Source of the DNA: an uncultured Acidobacteriota bacterium
GTDB taxonomy: Bacteria; Acidobacteriota; Thermoanaerobaculia; Multivoradales; SZUA-115
Length of the DNA stretch: 64,000 nt
Assembly: GCA_963805975.1 (NCBI GenBank)
Contig: CAWDVR010000001.1
Span: 896,001-960,000 of the forward strand
Reading direction: 5' to 3'
How positions within the stretch are numbered: position 1 is the first letter of the stretch; each line of letters opens with the position of its first letter. This document shows, piece after piece, positions 58,659 through 64,000 of this stretch. The notes beneath the pieces are model-generated. The model worked only from the letters and a program-made list of their open reading frames with translations. It had not been told where the DNA came from and did not search any database. A program made the position numbers and the translations under genes.

Positions 58659-59738
58659 TCAGCCGCCTTCCCAGTCCCAGAAATAATCGCGGTTGGTCAG
58701 CACCGGCTTCTCGTCGTCCGCGATCGCCGTCTCGCCCGAGCGCCCGCTCTCGCCGTCCGGCGCGGGCTCGACCTCTCCCCGGATCACCGCCAGCAGCTCC
58801 TCGAGATCCTCGGTCTCTTTGCGCCAGTACTCCTCGGTGCCGAAGTGGGGCCAGGCGCGCTGGAAGGCAGGGTCCTCCCAGCGGCGGGCAAGCCACGCCG
58901 CGTAGCGCACCATGCGCAGGCCGCGCAGCGGCTCGATCAGCCGGAGGCTCGCGCGATCGAAGAGCCGGAACTGCTCGTAGGCCTCGAGGAAGACCTCCCG
59001 CTGAGCGAGCGTGTCCGGGTCGCGGCCGGGCAGCGCCAGCCACAGGTCCTGCACCGCCGGGCCGGTCACGAAGTCGTCGAAATCGAGCAGCCGCAGCTCC
59101 CCATCGCGGTCCAGCACGTTGCCGAGGTGGAGATCGGCGTGGATGCGGTGGGTGGCGACCCCTTCGGCGCGCCGGTCGGCGAAGCTCGCGATAGTGGCGG
59201 CGGCGTCGCCGTAGCGGCGCTCCAGATGGCCAGGGAGGGCGCGGTGCCGCACCAGCCAGTCGATCCGGCTCCGCACGTAGTGATCGGCGGTCAGCCGGGG
59301 CCGTACCGGCGCCGGCCGGCGAGCTCCCACGTTGTGCACGCGGCCCACCAGCCGGCCGAGGCGGGCCACGGCGGCATCGCTCAGCTCGTCGGGAGCGCGG
59401 CCACCGCGGCGTTCGGCCACGCTGTAGAACAGGCCGGCGATGCTCTTGAGCGTCGAGCCGTCCGGGAACGCCCGCACGGTCGCCACCGGGATCTCTTCTT
59501 CCGCCAGCTCGGCGAGGAAGCGATGCTCCTCGAGAATCTGCTCCTCGCTCCAGCGGCCCGGGCGATAGAACTTGGCGACGACGCGGCTCCGGTCCGCGAG
59601 CTCCACCTCGTAGACGCGGTTCTCGAACGAGTTGAGGGGGTAGCAGACCGGCCGGCAGGCCAACCCCGCCGCCTCCACGGCCTGGAGCACGGTTTCGGGC
59701 GTCAGGGAAAAGAAATGCGCAGCGGTGGGCTCGGCCAT
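58659..59738 (-). CDS. srkA: Stress response kinase A (SrkA/RdoA)
   Basis: LNSFENRVY, KFYRPGRW, HADLHLGN, DFDD, QDLW and DPAFQRAWP motifs. Confidence 0.9.
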   Translation of the reverse strand: MAEPTAAHFFSLTPETVLQAVEAAGLACRPVCYPLNSFENRVYEVELADRSRVVAKFYRPGRWSEEQILEEHRFLAELAEEEIPVATVRAFPDGSTLKSIAGLFYSVAERRGGRAPDELSDAAVARLGRLVGRVHNVGARRPAPVRPRLTADHYVRSRIDWLVRHRALPGHLERRYGDAAATIASFADRRAEGVATHRIHADLHLGNVLDRDGELRLLDFDDFVTGPAVQDLWLALPGRDPDTLAQREVFLEAYEQFRLFDRASLRLIEPLRGLRMVRYAAWLARRWEDPAFQRAWPHFGTEEYWRKETEDLEELLAVIRGEVEPAPDGESGRSGETAIADDEKPVLTNRDYFWDWEGG

Positions 59739-59789
59739 TGCCGGCACTCTAGCAGGCGAAACGGCCCTCGCTCGCTAGGACAGCGTCCA

Positions 59790-59869
59790 CTCGGGTGCTC
59801 TCCCGCTGCGGTGCTCGAGCTCCCTTCGGGCGGCCTGCGCTCCTCGCGGGAGAGCACCCGAGCGTCTAC
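59790..59869. repeat. Palindromic dispersed element, copy D
   Basis: 17-bp arms CTCGGGTGCTCTCCCGC / GCGGGAGAGCACCCGAG; GTAG at the minus-strand 5' end; matches copy A. Confidence 0.85.
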
Positions 59870-61419
59870 TCGCACGCGAAGGCGTTGGTGTCCTGGATGG
59901 GTGCGAAAGGCGTCCCCTGCGGGTTGACGTAGGTCTTGACGTTCCCGGTCTGCGTGTCGGTGACGGTGATCATCATCTCGACGTTGGTCAGGCCGGCGGC
60001 GAAGACCCAGAACCGCTCGTTGACCACGCAGCCGTTCAAGACCTTGAGGATCACCTCGATGTTGTTCGGGTTGAAGAACCGGAAGTAGCCGGTGTCGCTG
60101 GTGAGCTGGACCGGATGGGCGCTCGCCGCCGGGCCGTCGCCGATCCGAAAAACGGCTTCGACCTGGAACCGGCCGGCGCCGAGCACGAGGACCGATCCCT
60201 CGCCGGGGCCCGGCAACAGGGCGTCGATCGCGGCCGGCGAGCCGGCGCGGAAGAGGCCCACGGTGGCCGGCGTCGGCTGCGGCGGCCGGTTGGCGTCGAA
60301 CCAGAAGTTGTAGGTGGTGGCGAAGCGCAACGCGTTGGCGTGGGCATCCTCCGCCTCGGTCTCCGTCTGCCAGGAGATGGCGCCGGCCGAGACCACGGCC
60401 GACCAGTCGGTGCCGTCGTAAGGCTCGCCCGAGTGGTAGTCGACGTCGTGAAAGCCGATGTCCGTCACGAACGTGCCGGGAGCCAGAGATACGGCAAAGC
60501 TCCGTGCGCTTCGGTGCGAGCTCATGTTGTAGAGCGCGTACTCGTAGCGCCAGGTGCCGTCGCCGCGGTCGGTCACCTTGGCGGCGAGCTTGAGCCGGCC
60601 GTCTCCGGGCACGTGGAGCTCGACGATCGAGACCTCCGGGTCGAGGTCTTTCCAGGCCTCGAGTGCCGACCTGGACGGCACCGTGGTGCCGAGGAGCGTG
60701 GGCGCCAGGCCCGGGTCGAACGTGATCTCGCGGTAGGAGGCGTTGTTGCTGTCGTTGCCGGCCAGCGCGTCGTCGGCCGCTAGGTAGTGACCCTCGGCGA
60801 AGTAACGGGCGCCGGGGTTGAGCGCTGGATCAATGTCCACCGTCTTCACCTGCAAGCGCTTGTAGAGCACGTCGCCGGTTTCGAGCAGCGTCGAGAACGG
60901 GTAGGGAAAAGCCCCGGTCGCGGCGTTGAGCTCCGAGCGCGGCCCGATCGCCCGCTGGTCGCCGTTCAAGGTCGAGTCGTAAGGGTCGGAGCAGCCGACG
61001 CCGAGCTTGGAGAAGGTGCCCGGGTCCTGGCAGCCGAAGCCGCAGGCGTTCTCGGCCCCGGCGATGAAGCCGTGCTTGAGCCAGCTCATGCCCACCTGTT
61101 CCATGCGGCCGTCCTGCAGCCGGTAGAGCGCCTGGGCGACCACCGGGTGCTGGTTGCTCTGGCCGAGCCAGCTCACCGTTTGATCGCCGGCGTTGCAGGC
61201 CACGGTGCCGATCGAGTAGGCGGCGATGCCGGCGCTCGTTCCCCAGAGCCGGGCATCCATGAGATTGCCGACCACCACGTCGGGCCCGGTGGACTCGGGC
61301 CAGCCCTCGGCCGGTTGCACGCACTGGGTGAGCGGCTCGGTCGCGGTCGCGCGCAGCGGGAAAAATGTTCCCAGGAGGACGAAGGTTCCGAGCAGGATCC
61401 TGCGGGGCATCGAAGGCAT
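59866..61419 (-). CDS. Secreted two-domain hypothetical protein
   Basis: Signal peptide; Cys-containing N-domain (GMSWLKHGF, LGVGCSDPY); ~110-aa C-terminal module (GYFRFFNPNNIEVILKVLNGC...FWVFAAGLTNV). Confidence 0.75.
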   Translation of the reverse strand: MPSMPRRILLGTFVLLGTFFPLRATATEPLTQCVQPAEGWPESTGPDVVVGNLMDARLWGTSAGIAAYSIGTVACNAGDQTVSWLGQSNQHPVVAQALYRLQDGRMEQVGMSWLKHGFIAGAENACGFGCQDPGTFSKLGVGCSDPYDSTLNGDQRAIGPRSELNAATGAFPYPFSTLLETGDVLYKRLQVKTVDIDPALNPGARYFAEGHYLAADDALAGNDSNNASYREITFDPGLAPTLLGTTVPSRSALEAWKDLDPEVSIVELHVPGDGRLKLAAKVTDRGDGTWRYEYALYNMSSHRSARSFAVSLAPGTFVTDIGFHDVDYHSGEPYDGTDWSAVVSAGAISWQTETEAEDAHANALRFATTYNFWFDANRPPQPTPATVGLFRAGSPAAIDALLPGPGEGSVLVLGAGRFQVEAVFRIGDGPAASAHPVQLTSDTGYFRFFNPNNIEVILKVLNGCVVNERFWVFAAGLTNVEMMITVTDTQTGNVKTYVNPQGTPFAPIQDTNAFACE

Positions 61420-61510
61420 CGCGTTCCCTTCCGAGAGAGTCTGAAGCGATTGTGATGCTACGTTAGCATATCGAGCTGCTCGGGCTAAGCTCCGTAGCGG
61501 AGATCCCTTC

Positions 61511-62866
61511 ATGACGCCGAGAAAGCATTTCGTCCTCGCCGCTCTCTCTCTACTCTCTTCCGCGCTCCTACCTATTTTGCCGGGGCCTTCGGCGCTCGGG
61601 GGGGAGCCGCGGCTCACCGCCCTGGTCGGCGGCCGGCTGATCGACGGCTACGGCGGGCCGCCGCTCGCCGACAGCGTGGTGCTGATCGAGGGCGAGACCA
61701 TCCAGGCCGTGGGCCGGGTGGGCGAGCTGGCGGTGCCGGCGGGCGCCGAGGTGATCTCGACCGAGGGCATGGACGTGCTGCCGGGCCTCTGGGACATGCA
61801 CGTCCACCTGATGATCGTCGGCCACGCCGACTACGACTACTGGGACAAGACCTACCCGCCGCAGTTCCGTGAGGTCATCATGCCCGCGGCGGCGAAGCAG
61901 TTGCTCCTGGCCGGCGTCACCAGCGCGCGGGACCTGGGCGCACCGCTCGACGACATCCTCGCGGTGCGCGAGCGCGTCAACCGCGGCGAGATCCCCGGCC
62001 CCACGCTCTACGTCTCCGGCCCGTTCCTCCAGCACGCGCCCTACCCGGGCACCGAGCTCTTTCGCTGGGGCATCGCGGGCACCGCCGACGCGCGGACCAA
62101 GGTGAAGCGCCTGGCGGATGCCGGCGTCGACCTCGTCAAGCTGATCGACCAGGACCAGATGACCCTGGACGAGGTCAAGGCGATCGTCGACGAGGCCCAC
62201 CAGCGCAAGCTCCTGGTGATCGCCCACGCGCATCGCCCGGAGGAGATCCGCCGCGGCATCGCCGCCGGGGTGGACAACTTCGAGCACACCGGCCTGGGCA
62301 CTGCGCCCGAGTACCCGGCGGACGTCCTCGAGCTGATGAAGGGCCGCGCCAACACGCTCTTCTGGACGCCGACCATCGGCCCCCTGACGCTCTTCGAGGA
62401 GACCCGCGACAACCCCGAGCGCATCGACGACCCGCGCTGGCAGGTGGGGCTGCCCCCCGCCGTGGTGGCGGACATCCGGCGCTCGCTGGCGCACCCCGAC
62501 CGCCTCGACTACTACCGCTTCGTGACCCTGCGGCAGCCCACGTTGCAGCGCAAGTTCGAGCAGCTCCGTTCCTCGGGCGTGGTGCTGCTGGTGGGCACGG
62601 ACAGCGGCGTGCCGTTCAACTTCCACAGTGACTCCACGTGGCGGGAGATCGAGGCCTGGGTGCACCGGTTCGGCGTGCCGGCGATGGACGCCATTCGCGC
62701 CGCCACCTACTGGCCGGCGGTGGCGCAGAAGGTGGATCGGCAGGTGGGCACGGTCACGCCCGGCAAGCGCGCCGACATCATCGCGGTGCGGGGCGACGTG
62801 CTGCGCCACGTGGCGCTGCTCTCCGACGTCGATCTCGTGATCAAGCGTGGCGTGCGCTACAAGTAG
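61511..62866 (+). CDS. Secreted metal-dependent amidohydrolase
   Basis: PGLWDMHVH, AHAH, FEH, GTDSG and GKRADIIAV motifs. Confidence 0.9.
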   Translation: MTPRKHFVLAALSLLSSALLPILPGPSALGGEPRLTALVGGRLIDGYGGPPLADSVVLIEGETIQAVGRVGELAVPAGAEVISTEGMDVLPGLWDMHVHLMIVGHADYDYWDKTYPPQFREVIMPAAAKQLLLAGVTSARDLGAPLDDILAVRERVNRGEIPGPTLYVSGPFLQHAPYPGTELFRWGIAGTADARTKVKRLADAGVDLVKLIDQDQMTLDEVKAIVDEAHQRKLLVIAHAHRPEEIRRGIAAGVDNFEHTGLGTAPEYPADVLELMKGRANTLFWTPTIGPLTLFEETRDNPERIDDPRWQVGLPPAVVADIRRSLAHPDRLDYYRFVTLRQPTLQRKFEQLRSSGVVLLVGTDSGVPFNFHSDSTWREIEAWVHRFGVPAMDAIRAATYWPAVAQKVDRQVGTVTPGKRADIIAVRGDVLRHVALLSDVDLVIKRGVRYK

Positions 62867-62902
62867 GATTTCGCACTCGACCGAATGTACTAAGCTTTCC
62901 GC

Positions 62903-64000
62903 ATGCGGTACTCGATCCCAAGGAAGTCGCGGCGCGTGCCGCTGGTCACGGAAGTCCATCTGAAGCTCGAGGAAGTGCCGGACCCGGTCACCGCGGTGAC
63001 CACCAACGTTTCGCTGGGCGGCATGTCGGTGGCGGTGGAGCGCACCGCCGAGGTGGGCTCGCTCGCCGCCTTCGAGCTCGAGGTCGGCGGCGCTCTGGTC
63101 GAGGGCACCGGCGAGGTCGCCTGGGTGCGGGGGGAGTCGGCGGGCCCGGACGTCGAGACCGGCATGGGGATCCGCTTCCGCTACCTCTCGCCCGGGAGCC
63201 GCGAGCGGATCTTCCGCCTCGTGCAGTGGTACTCGAACCAGAGCGGCTCGCCCAGCCCGCAGGAGGTGGCGGCCGCGGCCAGCGGTCTGACGCCGCCGCC
63301 CGGCGGAGTGCGCAACCCGGCGCCGCCGCGCGCCGCACCGTCCCCCTCCGGCCCCGCGACGCCGGCGACAGAGCCGGTCGTGCTGCCCGAGCCGATGGAC
63401 CCGGCGCCCGCTCCCAAGGCGCCCCAGTCCCCGGCGCCCGCTTCCACGGCACCCGAGCCCGAGCCGAGGCTTTCGCCCGAGTGGGAGCTCGAGGAAGACC
63501 TCGACTTCGATCTGCCGGGCCCGGCCGCGGTGGCGCCTCAGCCCGCCGTGGTGGTGGACGAGGACGATGACATCCCGCCGCTGCCGCCGGGCTACGGCGG
63601 CGCGCCGGCCTCCGAGGCCGCCTGGGTAAGGCCCGAGCCCGAACGGCTGGTGTTGCCTTCGGCGCCGGAGGACCCCGCGGTGTCGCCGGCCGACCTGGCG
63701 CAGGTGCCGTTCGCGCGCGCGGCGTCACCCCAGGGGATGCGCGGCGTGGGCTACGCCCGCCGGCGCCGAGGCGGCGTCTGGATGTGGATCGCGGTGCTCC
63801 TGCTACTGGCGCTCGGCATGTTCGCCGCGGTCCGCTGGTGGATGGTGGCGCAGCAGATGGGCCTGGTGCCGGGCCGCGACGAGCGCCCGGCCTCCGCCGC
63901 CTCTCTGGCCGGCACCGCGCCGGCCACCACGGCCCGGCCGACGCTCGGCTCGAGCGTGCCGCGCCGTGAGGATGCGGAGCGGTTGCCGGCCGCCACGGCG
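62903..64000 (+). CDS. PilZ-domain membrane protein (runs off the window end)
   Basis: Not in the ORF track; ATG at 62903 reads RKSRR...NVSLGGM...GEVAWVR...GMGIRF, then a Pro-rich linker and a TM (WIAVLLLLALGMFAAV). Confidence 0.82.
   Translation, partial: MRYSIPRKSRRVPLVTEVHLKLEEVPDPVTAVTTNVSLGGMSVAVERTAEVGSLAAFELEVGGALVEGTGEVAWVRGESAGPDVETGMGIRFRYLSPGSRERIFRLVQWYSNQSGSPSPQEVAAAASGLTPPPGGVRNPAPPRAAPSPSGPATPATEPVVLPEPMDPAPAPKAPQSPAPASTAPEPEPRLSPEWELEEDLDFDLPGPAAVAPQPAVVVDEDDDIPPLPPGYGGAPASEAAWVRPEPERLVLPSAPEDPAVSPADLAQVPFARAASPQGMRGVGYARRRRGGVWMWIAVLLLLALGMFAAVRWWMVAQQMGLVPGRDERPASAASLAGTAPATTARPTLGSSVPRREDAERLPAATA

Overview
A very GC-rich (roughly 70% by eye), gene-dense bacterial chromosomal window. 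The ADOP-type duplicated permease, the ECF-sigma/Ser-Thr kinase pair and two secreted protein types suggest Acidobacteriota, probably Thermoanaerobaculia-like; this is inference, not a database result. Housekeeping blocks (hisC-cmk, queG, rpsA-ihfB-lpxB-msbA, rimO-ribF-trxA, xth, srkA) alternate with accessory genes. Main observations: (1) a translationally coupled, archaeal-looking five-gene isoprenoid operon at 29034-35508 (short-chain polyprenyl synthase, type-2 IDI, an HMG-CoA reductase/mevalonate kinase fusion, a probable mevalonate-5-phosphate decarboxylase, and isopentenyl phosphate kinase, with no phosphomevalonate kinase); (2) four dispersed 80-90 bp palindromic elements that share a conserved core but have different, covarying outer stems; (3) a sigma54 + IHF promoter driving an unknown small secreted protein; (4) a hicAB-like pair with a palindromic operator and an atypical antitoxin tail; (5) many apparently leaderless genes; (6) a candidate S-layer-like gene with a long structured leader. 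Five single-base indels in four genes most likely reflect long-read assembly errors. No rRNA, tRNA, CRISPR array, transposase or integrase was recognised.
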